The translations under genes were made by a program, and so were the position numbers. From Eledone cirrhosa (lineage: Eukaryota), in contig OZ024740.1 in NCBI GenBank assembly GCA_964016885.1, positions 357,492,001-357,556,000 on the forward strand: a DNA stretch of 64,000 nt, written 5' to 3'. Shown in pieces: positions 1 to 12,165 of the stretch. Under the pieces are notes generated by a model. It made no database searches. It saw only the letters and a list, made by a program, of their open reading frames with translations, and was not told where the DNA came from. How positions within the stretch are numbered: the first letter of the stretch is position 1; every line of letters starts with the position of its first letter.

Positions 1-34
1 GCATAAAGATGAAGCTAGTGACCTGGGGCGGCGT

Positions 35-674
35 CTAAAAGATTGAGATCTCGTACGGGTACCACACCAGACCTTCATCTTCTGGAGCTCCAGGGTGAGT
101 TCCTGAATGGCCCTCTGTAGGAGCTGCCGCGCAGATGGCATGGCCAGCTGTGGTCTGAGCTGGTTGGGAAACAGCGGCAAGGGCTTCGCTGCCTCCAGCA
201 CCCGTAACTTCGAAAACTTTTTCCGCAGAGGCGGCAAGCTGATCCACCGTGCAAGTATCCCTAATGGGGGCCAAAGTTTCCTGTACGTTGGTCGGTAGGT
301 GCGAGAAGAACAACTGCTTCAGCATGGCAGTTTCCGCTACCGACCCCTCCGTTAAGTCCTTCATTCGCCTTAGGAGGTTCGATGGGGTGCCATCACCGAT
401 ATGCTCCAGATGGACCAGAGCCCTAAATGTTTTTTTCTGCGGACTGTGCAGTCCTGCTGAGTATTTCAGCCTTCAGAGACTTGTACATCGCGTCGGTGGG
501 TGTCTCTAACACCAGGTCCTTAATCGCTGGGATAAGTGCCGGCGGAATTGCACTAAGGACCAGAGGACGTTGTTGTGCCTCATCAATTCTGTTCGCCTCG
601 AAAAATGCTTCAAGTTGGGCGAACCATAACCTTACGTCGCCCGTGTACATAGGTAGAACAGAATGAGATGCCAT
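35..674 (-). pseudogene. gag: Ty3/Gypsy-like gag, frameshifted
   Basis: ATG at 674: MASHSVLPMYTGDVRLWFAQLEAFF...LKAEILSRT. Frameshift near 425, then ...PSNLLRRMKDL...LKQLFFSHLPTNVQETLA, matching the invertebrate Gypsy gag pattern. Lies downstream of a PBS and LTR. Confidence 0.8.
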
Positions 675-1227
675 TGGTATACCGTAGGTAATTTGAAAAA
701 AAAAAAAAAATCGTCTCCGTTTGAAAAAATGTCTCCAACACAAGGGAAAAGGAAAACAAAATCGTTTGTTTTTCTCTGTCAAACAACTGGACAGGAAAAA
801 GAATGCATCCGAGACAATATGCAAAGGAGCGACTAACCGAGCGATGTCATTAATAAGGTATAGGCAGGGAATTTAAAACTAAAACCAACATGGCGGACTA
901 TTTCGCGCCAAAAACACTATTGATGGAGAAGAAAGCCGTCACCTTGTCATCCTCCAAAATTTTAGCCAGAGAAAAGAAGAAAAGAAGAAAAGGAGAAAAA
1001 AAAATCATTCATACAATTGCTGTTTGTTTGTGTGTAAATACTTTGGATGTTCGTTTTGCACATATGAAGAGTTTGATGTTAAGTGTTACAGAGAAATATG
1101 TTTAGATCGGTCAATACAGCCATATCAGAATCAAGTGTGTTGTTCTGTATTAAATGTTTTTTTTTCTTCTCTTTTTTTTTTATATACACATGGTACCATT
1201 TGCCATTCTTTTTTTTTTTTTTTTAAA

Positions 1228-1695
1228 CGTCAGGTCACCAATTTAGAATGTTAGTATCAGTGTATATATCAAGAATGACAATAAATGCAGGTGAGTGTTG
1301 TGACATGGTTTTACTTCACAGAAGTCAAATAAATTAATATAAATAATTGTTACCACATGTTGATGGTCAGTTGGTCACAACTCCCAGACTGGAGTGTGTA
1401 GAGAAGAACAGAAATCTTCTCTTGGTAAGGTTCAAGTGTTTCTTTAGGCTGCCGGCGCAGGAAGCGAGACAGGAGTCATCTCTTGACAAGGTCTGAGGTG
1501 TTCTTCTTGTTGCGGCGAAGGAAGTGAGAGTGATGCCTTGATTGTCCTCAAATATATAGTCCCCAGGGGGACGCAACTCCATTTAGTACATGGATCTGCC
1601 ACTGGGAGTCGCGACCGTCACAAACGGACGCAACTCCTATATGTATCTACCACTGGGAGTCGCGACCGTCGCAAAAAGGGCACAACTTCTATACA
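1228..1695 (-). mobile_element. 5' LTR and PBS of a Gypsy-like element
   Basis: On the minus strand: TGT start near 1695, about 2.3 copies of a ~52-57 bp internal repeat (1569-1695), TATA-like box near 1555, end ...TCTAAA, then PBS TGGTGACCTGACG (1228-1240, tRNA-Trp-like). Confidence 0.65.
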
Positions 1696-1749
1696 TGCTG
1701 AGTTACAGCCGTAAGTGGCCGCTACACACTTTTATGGTGATGATCTTGC

Positions 1750-1890
1750 CAAGTGGTGGATATGTAGAATTTTTAGTGTGTCGGAGAAATACTTAGCCGT
1801 ATTTGTTCCAGCTCATTACATTCTGAGTACAAATCATACCGAATACAACTTTGCCTTTCATCCTTCCGAGGTCGATAAAATAAAGTACCA
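1750..1890 (+). mobile_element. tRNA-derived SINE (family A), degenerate
   Basis: B-box-like GAGTACAAATC followed by the family core CTTTGCCTTTCATCCTTCCGAGGTCGATAAAATAAAGTACCA, shared with more than 15 copies in the window. Confidence 0.7.
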
Positions 1891-2107
1891 GCCAAGCAGA
1901 TCTGTCAACTCTCCCCGTCCGACGGGGACATCTCTCACCCACCCCAAATTGAAAATGGCTGGAGTTTACAGTGGCCATCGAATTAATTATTGTAAAAAAA
2001 AACTATTCAAGTTAATAATTTCATATGACAGTGGGAGTTTGGCTGTTCTTTCATGTTTACTTAGGATATTATTTTCTATTGTAAAATTAAATCATCTATA
2101 GTTGTCT

Positions 2108-2287
2108 CAGACCTTTCAACTCTGCCCGTCTGACAGGGAGATCTCCCACCCACTTTGTCTTCTCTTGTGAGAATGGGTATAGTTTTCATATTGTAAAATC
2201 TCCCCATGTTGCCTCATTTCTCCTCGTTTGAGGGCACTTTATTTTCATGGAACACCCCGTTTCGGTTTTTAGAGGTTGGCAGGTCTA
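2108..2287. mobile_element. MITE with CAGACCT(G/T)(C/T)CAAC-type TIRs
   Basis: Termini CAGACCTTTCAACTCT / AGAGGTTGGCAGGTCT. A related inverted copy lies at 36518-36712, with partial copies near 1898 and 42330. Confidence 0.55.
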
Positions 2288-3042
2288 TACCAGTCAAATA
2301 CTACTTTCGATTTAATCAGTTTTCCCCTCCTCCATATAACTGGCCTTGTGCATTAATTAGAAGGCTCTATGACGTTCTTGGCTTTCTCAAAGACATTAGT
2401 TATTTCTCTGAAGTAAAGTGTATTTTCATCAGTAATGAAAACGAGGTCACAGTCACTCAGTTCGTTTGAATAGTATTACTTCTATTCTACAGCATTCAAC
2501 ACTTAATTATTACAATATTTTTCTAGACAGGGAGCAGCTTTTCTAATTACTTCACAGGACTGGATGGATACTAAGAACCAGGAAGCTAGTAATAACTTTC
2601 CACAGTAAAGTTTTAGATACCACAACAGAATAAGAGAGGATGTTGGTTTAATGTTGGGAGTCGGTTACTACTTAACTGCATAATATTAATTAAGGAAGTG
2701 CTGCTGAAGTTGTATTTTAATTTCTTACTGTCTGCCACTAAGCTTCAGATCTCAACAACTTTTGTACATATAGTTGAAACGTAGCAAATATCCTGTATCC
2801 TCTGGTGAAACACACACAGCTCGTCTCCTCTGCTTCAAAACAATTCTGTTAACATTATTAGTAGTAGCAGTGGTAATAGTAACAATATTAGTACTGATCT
2901 TGTTTATTATATTTTTGTTGCTTCAAGTGGAATTGCCATAAACAATAGAGAATCGGATTAAATCCTTTGCAATAGGTTCATCTCTAGAATTACTAGTTCA
3001 AACCTACCGGATAACACACACACACTCACACACACACAAAAA

Positions 3043-3149
<107 letters not shown>

Positions 3150-3312
3150 CCACCCTGATCCAAGCTGCCCTCACTCGCACCCATGAAACCGATCGTAACA
3201 CAGCCCTCTCACCCCCACCATCGTCCTCCAAACACCTGCCCTCATTTCCCCCTCACCTATCCCCCCATCAATCTACCTCTCCGGTGACATATCCTCTTTG
3301 CTTCCACACCCT

Positions 3313-6025
3313 TTTAGAACGAGTATTTTTTTATTGTGAGTTAATTGAGAGAGTTAATAGATGATATACTGTATGTATTGTTGAGAATGTATGTATTGTT
3401 TGTATTGTATCACAGAGAGTAACCGAAGCAGTCCAAGAAAGGAGTGCGGGATTCCGTCCAGAATATATTTTTTTACCCCGTTTGTAAAATAAGTTGGATT
3501 ACTTTGAATAAATAATGAATGAATATTACATAATTTATGTGCTAAATTTAGTGGCTGTTGATTAAATATATTTTATAGCTTATTTAAAGACCTTTAAAAT
3601 TCACTTCTTTAAAATTTTCAAATGTCAACACTTCCGGTTAGCGGCCGTTATATTATAACACTTATAAAAATATCGCATATATTTCCGTCGCTAATTTTCT
3701 CCTAATGCAGTTTATATATAATATCGTCTTTTTTTAAATGTATCATGGATTACGTTACTGATTACAGAAGACAGTGTCAATTTCTGTGTATATTGTCAAT
3801 TACGATTTTATTTGATGTATCATATCTACATTTGTGTAGATATGATACATTTTATGTATTATACATATATTTGTGTATAATATCAATATACACACTACAC
3901 ATGCTAGCAGAAAACCACCCGAGGGTGGTTTTTCTGCTAGTATCATCATAAGGCATTACAACGTTTTTTTTATATATAATTTATTTGCAAATATGAGAAG
4001 TTGAGTTAGCTGTGTTGACATGTCATAAGAAATGAAATAAAACAAATTAAGATGCTGTAAAAGAATACGCAGACCTATGGCTAAAGTTAGAAGCCATGGC
4101 CGCGGTAATCGTTCGATAGTTATATTTCGGAAAGTTTGTTGAGCAAAATCAAGAGATGTTTACCTTCTGGTGAGGAGATTCAAAGAGGGAGATTTTCGAA
4201 GAGAAGCGGGAATTTTTCCCTTTGGGCGTAAGTTGAAATACATCTCCCTACGATGGTAGCGATTGGCTGAACTGAGCCAAACAACGTACGGAGAATGTAT
4301 TCAAGAGCCATCAGAATGTAGGTCACTACAATACCCCCTATTTAGCCTAGAAGGCGATAAATAAGATTGAATTATCAGGAAAAACGTTGAAAGAGAGCAC
4401 ATCAATGAGAAAATTGAACAAACGAATGCATGCAAGATGAAAAATGAGGCGCTAAGGGCCTTGTTGAGCCGCTGTGTCAAATGACTAGCTGTTTTGCTAT
4501 TTATGTGTGACGACCCCGGGTCTAACAGAAAACGGATAAAGTCTGACATCGGCAAAGTTGCTGTTCTTGCATTAAATGTTAGCTGTTATGGCAAGTGTTG
4601 TACCAGAGCTGTGGATGAAGCTGTTATGGTAGTTTACCAGTGATGTATAACTCTTATGGTAAGTGTTATACCAGAGCTGTGTAGATGGAGCTGTTATGGT
4701 AAATGATGTAGCATAGCTGGCAAGAAGATGATGGGTAGGCGAGAAATTGTCGGCCTCCCAGATGAATTGCCAGAAGTGGTAGGCAGCCAGGAAAAAATGG
4801 GTAAAGTTGCTTTGAAAAGAAAAAGCAAGTTGAATTTGTAGGTGGGCAGTAGTTGAAGCTGTAATTCTGGCGATTCGTCGGAGAAATGGTGGAAATGCTA
4901 ACAGGTCCAGTTCCATTTGTTGTTTTCCCAGTGGATCGGGTAAAGTAACAAGATTGAGGTTGTTATGTTACAGAACGACGATCGAAGTCTAAGATTGAAG
5001 ACAAATCTAGAGTCACCAATATTATGAACGCCACGTCTGACACCATAGTGGTGAGAAGATTGTGAGGAAGCAGTGAATCTTCAGTAAATAATTGATGGTC
5101 AGAAGGTGTGGTGGTTGCGTCGGTAAGGTTATAAAGCTGCCACGTAGTTATTCCCTGTTGTGGTTAGTGGTTAACCATGTGTTGCTGCTGCTGCTGATGC
5201 TGATGCTGCTGCTGATGCTGCTGCTGCTGATGCTGATGCTGATGCTGCTGCTGATGCTGATTTTGTTGATAGTTGATGGTAGCCATGTTGAAAAAATAAT
5301 TTTCCTCGTGCTGTGACTTTGAAAATACAGCTAAATTTTTTCTCAAATATTGTTTGCTCAGGCGGGTTCATTGAAGTTAAACCATGTGTTGTGCTGTTAT
5401 CAACAAAAAGGTTTTTACAAGGTGCTGATACAATACAAGAAAGCTTGCGTGTTGTTCTTTAAAAACACTACTTCTATTTTTTTTTTTAAGGAACATTTAG
5501 TTCCCACGGCTGGGTCACCAATTTAGAAATAGGTATTTTTGTAGTTAGTTATATGGGTTGTTATGAATGTTAATATTTGTTTGTGTATTGTATCACAGAG
5601 AGTAACCGAAGCAGTCCAAGGGAATGTTGTGGCAAATATCATCATAAGGCATTACGACGTTTTTTTATATATAATTTATTTACAAATATGAGAAGTTGAG
5701 TTAGCTGTGTTGACATGTCATAAGAAATGAAATAAAACAAATTAAGATGCTGTAAAAGAATACGCAGACCTATGGCTAAAGTTAGAAGCCACGGCCGCGG
5801 TAATTGTTCGATAGTTATATTTCGGAAAGTTTGTTGAGCAAAATCAAGAGATGTTTACCTTCTGGTGAGGAGATTCAAGGAGGGAGATTTTCGAAGAGAA
5901 GCGGGAATTTTTCCCTTTGGGCGGAAGTTGAAATACATCTCCCTACGATGGTAGCGATTGGCTGAACTGAGCCAAACAACGTACGGAGAATGTATTCAAG
6001 AGCCATCAGAATGTAGGTCACTACA
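3313..6025 (-). mobile_element. Non-autonomous LTR element (two LTRs, ~1.2 kb internal region)
   Basis: Near-identical direct repeats at 3942-4330 and 5637-6025 begin TGTAGTGACC on the minus strand. PBS TGGTGACCCAG at 5510-5520, PPT-like AGGGGG near 4334-4339, imperfect TSD CCCT/CCAT. The left LTR carries about 490 bp of extra sequence. Confidence 0.75.
5182..5261. repeat. CTG/CTGATG microsatellite (poly-Q/H on the minus strand)
   Basis: Seen directly; lies inside the internal region of the LTR element. Confidence 0.9.
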
Positions 6026-6658
6026 CCATCTCTTCTGACCCCGTTACTTCTCGCTTCTTTCTATTCCCACCCATCTCCGCCTTTAAGCGCGCCCACAGTC
6101 TCCGTGGCCTCCTAATACGCAGTTTCTTCCTTTCCTCTCTTAGAATTCCCCCCGGCTCCCGTCCTTGTTCTCGTCCCCGCTGTAACACCTGTCCATTCAT
6201 TTCTAACCTCACCACTCTCACAGGCATTAACGTTCTTTCTATATCCGCCACTCCTTCACCTGCACATCCACCCATGTAATCTATGCCTTCCGGGGTTCCC
6301 TTTGCAGGTCCTTATATATCGGACAAACAGGTTGCCGTTTGGCAGACCGTTTTGCTTAACACGCGAGGGATGTTCGACTCAGCATGGATACACCCGTCGC
6401 TTGTCATATCCGTTCTCCAAGCCACTCCTCTCTACACGTTTCAGTCCTTGGTGTCCTTTTACAACATGGATCAGTGGCCTCACGCACCAGGACTGAATAG
6501 AGTCTGATTTTCAAATTTAGTCCCAGTTTCCCTAATGGACTCAACTCCCCTTCCCAATTTCTTTAATCTGTAAGGAGGGCTAGAATATACTGCTGGTGCA
6601 TTCGGAAACCTCAATGAGGTGACTGATCCACAGACACCGACCTACATACAACGATATG

Positions 6659-6962
6659 TGCATACAGCTTAATTGTTCCATCAACAACGCAGAAGTGTGC
6701 ATGAGAGTGTATGTGGTATACAAGGTCACATGTAAAAATGTAGCTCCTTCTACATCAGATGTATCGTCTGGATGCTGCACATAGGGATCACGGAGCACAT
6801 GACGACGAGAGCTTCTTCTGTTAAAAAAAACATCTTGACAGGTGCCGCAGTCACGACATTGAGGTCACCATAAAGGTGATGGAAAGGAATGTGGGCAATT
6901 TAAGAATCATAGAGGCCATTGTCATCAACCATAAAAAACACAGATAAATAATAGATTGGAAA
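6659..6962 (+). pseudogene. PLE GIY-YIG endonuclease relic (Hydra-clade-like, tentative)
   Basis: Manual translation across frameshifts: CIQLNCSINNAEVCMRVYVVYKVTCKKCSSFYI..LHIGITEH...SSVKKHLDRC...LRIIEAIVI...QINNR. Confidence 0.65.
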
Positions 6963-7571
6963 TGCACGAAGCAAATTGACTACTATAACGATTTCACGCG
7001 TGCGTATTTCAGATACATAAACCAGTTAAGGACGAATTCATTCATCGTTCGTTTTGTTTTGAACCGTCTCCGTTTCACATTAGAAAAGAGGGTTTTAGCC
7101 TTGAAATATCATATTGAAATATACTGGGTAAAACATTACTTCATTGTGTTTTATTTGTCATCCTTTGCCTTCTATATATTTCTACTGTATCGTACCGGCG
7201 TTCGGAAACTTATCAGTCATTTATTGCATATCAATTTATGATTATTCCCAATGTATTATTATCATTCTTAATGTAATCGGAAGCCTGGAAAAAATTTGAT
7301 AAGTGCATGTCAAAAACATTCAACGCTTGATAAAATATATATTGTATAACACCGAAGCTGTCAGATATTAACGTATTGTGAGAAAACGAAGAAAAATGTC
7401 AGACATAAGAAAATGGGTAATAAAGTATTTATAGATGGATTTGAAACATGACACATTATTACGAATATTTTTACTATGTGGTATCGCAATAATTACCTGC
7501 ACAATGAACAAAACGTAAGCTAAGATGAGAACCTCTATAAGGTTACCCACCTGCTAGAAAAAGCAGCCACA

Positions 7572-7636
<65 letters not shown>

Positions 7637-7894
7637 CTCTCTAACTCTTTTAAATGGATTACTACCGTCTTAAAAAAAGGAAAAACACTTTGGAGAAAGA
7701 TAGAATGTCTTGAATCGTAGTCTGTCCAATTATGACTGGCCTTGGTTAAGTAACAGCTACACTATCAAAAAGGAAATATCTAGGAGCGAGAGAAAAAAAT
7801 ATAATACAAAATAGTGTAATATCGGAAAGCAAATAGAAAATTTAGACGAAAAAAGAATGTTTTTTAAAGCTTAGGCGGCGAACAATTTCTATCA

Positions 7895-8486
7895 TCTATA
7901 TATATAAAGCTGTGGTTGTCTGTCTGTCTATCGATTTTTGGCACACATCTCCTCTTAGAATCTCTGACGGAATTGCACCGAAATTGCTATACTTGTACAT
8001 TGAGCCCTAGCGAAGACATCGGAAAAAAAATATTTCAAATTGACCCACCCTATGTGACGAAATCGAATCTAATGTATCGATTTTTGAGCGTAAGTGACGA
8101 GTTATTTCCCTTTGTTCTGTTTACATTGAGCGTCTTACGTTCTGTTACAATACACGAACAGTTGTCGAGCCAGCAAAATTTTGACCTGCAAAATTCATCA
8201 GTTCGAACACTAAGCTTCCGTTTTGCTTCATTTCCATTTAAAAGCCTTTTAAAACAATATTTTTATTTGAAAACAAGTCTATTTAAAGACTACGTAAAAC
8301 AAGCAAATATTTCGTAAAAAAAGCAAAAATTATATAAGTTTATTTAAAATATATGTATCTGTAAATTTCGTTAGGCGTGCAGACAGACAGTCGTGCAGAC
8401 AGACTTTAAGCCAAAAAAGAAACTTAACATTGTAACTTTAACACAGCTACTGAGCGACCCCGAGCAACGCCGGGCTTTACTGCTAG
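7895..8486 (+). mobile_element. Non-autonomous Helitron
   Basis: 5' end A|TCTATATATATAAAG; 3' hairpin CCCGAGCAACGCCGGG (8459-8474), then 8 nt and CTAG|T. Inserted in an AT site with no TSD. Confidence 0.85.
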
Positions 8487-8803
8487 TAAGCAATAAAAAT
8501 TACAACTGGTTAAAATGTCTCATTGTATCGCACGGCCAACCCTTTCGTAGTGAACCGAAACTGTAAAACTTCTTTTTAATACGTAGTCGCAGCTATGTGG
8601 TCTTATGCCACCAACGCTCCAAGAGAAAAGTGTGAGTGTCTAATAATCTCATTTTTATGATATCTTGTAAATGGATAGGCTAACGTGTTACATACAGGCA
8701 CACACAAACACACACACACGCATATATATGTATATATATACCACCAATTGAACCGATGCACACACATACACACACGCGCGCGCATATATATATATATATA
8801 AAT

Positions 8804-8880
<77 letters not shown>

Positions 8881-8996
8881 ATGTGTGTGTGTGTGTGTGT
8901 ATGTGTGTGTGTGTATGTGTCGGTTCAATTGGTGGTAACCACAGTTAGTAAGGTACTCAATACATAACAGAGTATAAATGTTTAATATAAAAATGG

Positions 8997-9043
8997 CTTC
9001 TACAGGACTAGAACTGTTTCATTCGAAAGAAATCATCAGGAAA
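8997..9043 (-). ncRNA. Minimal type I hammerhead ribozyme in a foldback element (8930-9090)
   Basis: Minus strand: TTC-CTGATGA-tTTCtttcGAAt-GAAA-CAG ttctagtc CTG-TA-GAA. Same family as 26851-27025. Confidence 0.6.
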
Positions 9044-9089
9044 ACCCTGGTGATTTCCTTCGAATTAAACAGTTCTAGCCCTGTAGAAG

Positions 9090-9166
<77 letters not shown>

Positions 9167-9479
9167 TAACAGATTAAAGTTTAAGCAAAGAATCGCTGCT
9201 TTCACCCTTAACGGGATCTTCTGAAACTAAAAATGTCAATCTGTGAACGCAAATATTTCAAAAAACGTTGCAACCGAAGGAAGACAGGAAGACGATACTT
9301 TGGTTCGTGGAAACGTTCCCTTCACAAAACATACAGGTAATATATACTTACCTATACGAATAAGTAATGGTATTAACATAACATATACTTAGCTACCACA
9401 TCAAGACGTAAAATATCCGCGTATAGTTCGTACTATCCGTTAGGGTATAATGTGGGGCTGTAATACAGGAAAGTTTTGT

Positions 9480-10038
9480 GCAATTTATGTTTACAAGCCG
9501 AAATTACCTCAGATTTTTTTGTTTAAGATGTGGTCTTTGGCGTAGAGTATTTCCAGGGCCTCAGCGGCGCAGAGGTCACATGGTCTTTTATTTCCGTTAT
9601 ACGATCTAGCCCAAGCTATGATCTCCCAGTGTAACTTATATTGGGTGTGGTTGTCTTTTAGACTCCACATATAAGCTGAAAGTGACGTCATATTCCTTCT
9701 TAAAGGGTTAAAAAAGAATAGGTATGCATCTAAAGACGCTGCTTGAATCTATTGGCGGTTAACCCTATATAGGCCCTACGGGACGTGGGTGTTTCAACCT
9801 TACATTTGTAGACAATGTTACTAGAGAGGCATTTCCCGGATAGGGGGCAGTCAACCTGATTCCTACAATTACAGTTAGTACTAGCTACAGGGTTGTACGT
9901 GTTCCTACGGCTAGGTATTTTAACTAAATTTGAAGCTGTGATGTTATGTGCAAGGTTTGGAGTCGTAGAGTAAGAAATTTTAATGGTATTTCTATTAAAA
10001 ATTTTACTATATTTATGTGGTGGGGGGAAATGCTTCAT
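9480..10038 (-). pseudogene. Nematis-like PLE 3' fragment (linker + GIY-YIG)
   Basis: KHFPPPHKYSKIFNRNTIKISYS..CNCRNQVDCPLSGKCL..IVYKCKV..AYIGLT..TSLSAYMWSLKD..CDLCAAE. The 5' end abuts a SINE. A degenerate hammerhead lies near 9190-9225. Confidence 0.85.
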
Positions 10039-10039
10039 A

Positions 10040-10227
10040 ATTGTTTCTATTTTAGGCACAAGGCCAGCAATTATCCAGTACATTACTGGTACTTTATTTT
10101 ATCGACCCCGTAAGGATGAAAGGCAAAGTTAACCTCGGCAGGATTTGAACTCAGATCGTAAAGGGACGTAACTATTCTGGAAAGCATGGCGTCCGACCCT
10201 CTACCGATACTGCCAATTCACCGCCCT
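10040..10227 (-). mobile_element. tRNA-derived SINE (family A)
   Basis: Minus strand: A-box-like TGGCAGTATCGG, B-box GAGTTCAAATCC, family core and tail ...AGAAACAATTAT. Confidence 0.85.
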
Positions 10228-10250
10228 AATAAGGGAGAGAAAGATTTTAG

Positions 10251-10291
<41 letters not shown>

Positions 10292-10297
<6 letters not shown>

Positions 10298-10722
10298 GTT
10301 AAAGTGTACATCTACATATGTATACGGAAGTATTAGTATGCATATAAATACACACATGTATACATATGTACATGTACTGAGTTTTTCACTAGACACTTTA
10401 CAGTGAGTGTCAGCTAGTCTGTATGTAACCACACAGACGGACCGGGTTTTAGAGTCATAAGAGTTTTCAAGGAAACACATTTCCTCTATTCTCCAGAGGG
10501 CCAGACAGGCTGGCCCTCTGGAGAATAGAGGAAATGTGTTTCCTTGAAAACTCTTATGACTCTAAAACCCGGTCCGTCTGTGTGGTTACATACAGACTAG
10601 CTGACACTCACTGTAAAGTGTCTAGTGAAAAACTCAGTACATGTACATATGTATACATGTGTGTATTTATATGCATACTAATACTTCCGTATACATATGT
10701 AGATGTACACTTTAACTTAATT
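10292..10722. repeat. Long palindrome (213-bp arms, 5-nt loop)
   Basis: Arms 10292-10504 and 10510-10722. The ORF track shows the identical peptide on both strands. Confidence 0.95.
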
Positions 10723-10789
10723 GTTTAAGCGTCAGTCATACAAAAGTGAGTTAGAAGCGAAACGAAATTTAATTTCGTTTCGTTATTTG

Positions 10790-10838
<49 letters not shown>

Positions 10839-10929
10839 GCGTGCACAAAGTAAACGGAAACAACAAAGTGGACAACACAATACAATGAAGAAATATATTA
10901 GCTTAATGCTTGTTATAATAGAAAAAGAG

Positions 10930-10965
10930 TCTTTACGTTTCGAACACTAGTTCTTCATCAGAAGA
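10930..10965 (-). ncRNA. Minimal hammerhead ribozyme (loopless palindromic stem III)
   Basis: Minus strand: TCTT-CTGATGA-A-GAAC tagt GTTC-GAAA-C-GTA-AAGA. Confidence 0.65.
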
Positions 10966-11037
10966 TAGAATGAGAAATAAAAGATGAAATATATATATAT
11001 ATATCTATATATATCTATATATATATATATATATATT

Positions 11038-11092
<55 letters not shown>

Positions 11093-11158
11093 GGAAGTGT
11101 GGTAAGGAACCAGGTGGACCATAACGCACCAGCCAGAGTACTCGATGAGTGGGTAATA

Positions 11159-11420
11159 GGACCCCGACGGCAGAGCTCAAGCCGTAGAAACGGCTATTTC
11201 TGGACTAAATTCAATTTTTAGCGTGGTAATGAAATGGCCGAGCTTTTCAAGGGGTAATTCTATATATGGGCATGCGATAATCAGGTATTTCAAAAGGATT
11301 GGCCGAAGTTTCTTGTAAGCACATTTAAATCTTTCATGGCGGTGGGTATGGGTGTGGTGTGGCTGAACTTGCCTGTAGAACAATGAGGGAGTGGGTGAAG
11401 CCGGTCAAGCGTTAAAAGTA
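11159..11420 (+). repeat. Dispersed repeat (second copy 61719-61980)
   Basis: Both copies begin GACCCCGACGGCAGAGCTCAAGCCGT..ACGGCTATTTCTGGACTAAATT and are colinear for about 260 bp. Confidence 0.75.
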
Positions 11421-11914
11421 AATTCTATACAACAAATTCTAAGGAGTGTGGATGAACTAGGCTAGCTAGAAAGCAGGCGAAAAACGAATTATACAGGAAT
11501 CTGAAAATTATAGAATTAAAAAAACTAGAGTCTAAAACAGCTGCTATATTTGTAGCTGGTGTTGCGTTTTCAGCCAATGTTATATAGAATTCACGGGGGT
11601 GGGGGTACTGAGACTACAAAAGCCCGATGGGCTGCTGGAGCAAGAGATTGTATCTATACGCCACGCAAAATTGGTAGCTGATCCAAGGTTTCTTGGCAAA
11701 GTAAAGCCTTTTGCCCATTTACTAAGCTTCCTGCTCTCTAGAAATGGATTCTTCTCACTTCTGGTTGTTTCCCAAAATGATGATGCCACTAAAAGGTTCC
11801 CGCTTTGAATGCCAAGCGGACTCCGTGCAGTCTGCAACAGTAGAGCTGAAAACCAATTCGAAAGAAGCATTCGAACAGTGGAAGGAAATATGTCTACGTC
11901 GGTTTCGACGAAGA

Positions 11915-12165
11915 GTTGTTCGTTTAATGAACAGCTTGCACATAAAATTAACGCGTAAGTGGCTGAGCATTCCACAGACACGTGTGATTTGGGGCCTCCG
12001 ATGGTTTCGACGATGAGTGTCCCAGCTGTTAAATCAACAAAACAGCCTGCTCATGAAATTAACGTGCAAGTGATTCAGCATTTCACAGATACGTGTACCC
12101 TTAATGCAACTCTTAGGGAGATTAAGCGTGACACAGTTTGACCAAGTTAGCCCTTTGAATTGATG
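11915..12165 (-). mobile_element. SINE family B fragment
   Basis: Core GAAATTAACGTGCAAGTG..GAGCATTCCACAGACACGTGTACCCTTAA is partly duplicated here and shared with 15030-15345. Confidence 0.6.

Larger units (their letters stand above)
3150..6566 (+). pseudogene. Neptune-like PLE thumb + GIY-YIG fragment, interrupted by an LTR element
   Basis: 3150-3312 reads LIQAALTRTHETDRNTAL. After 6025 it resumes SSDPVTSRFF..PPISAFKRAHSLRGLLIRS..CSRPRCNTC..FTCTSTHVIYAF..LCRSLYIGQTG..PNGLN, with stops and frameshifts. Confidence 0.8.
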
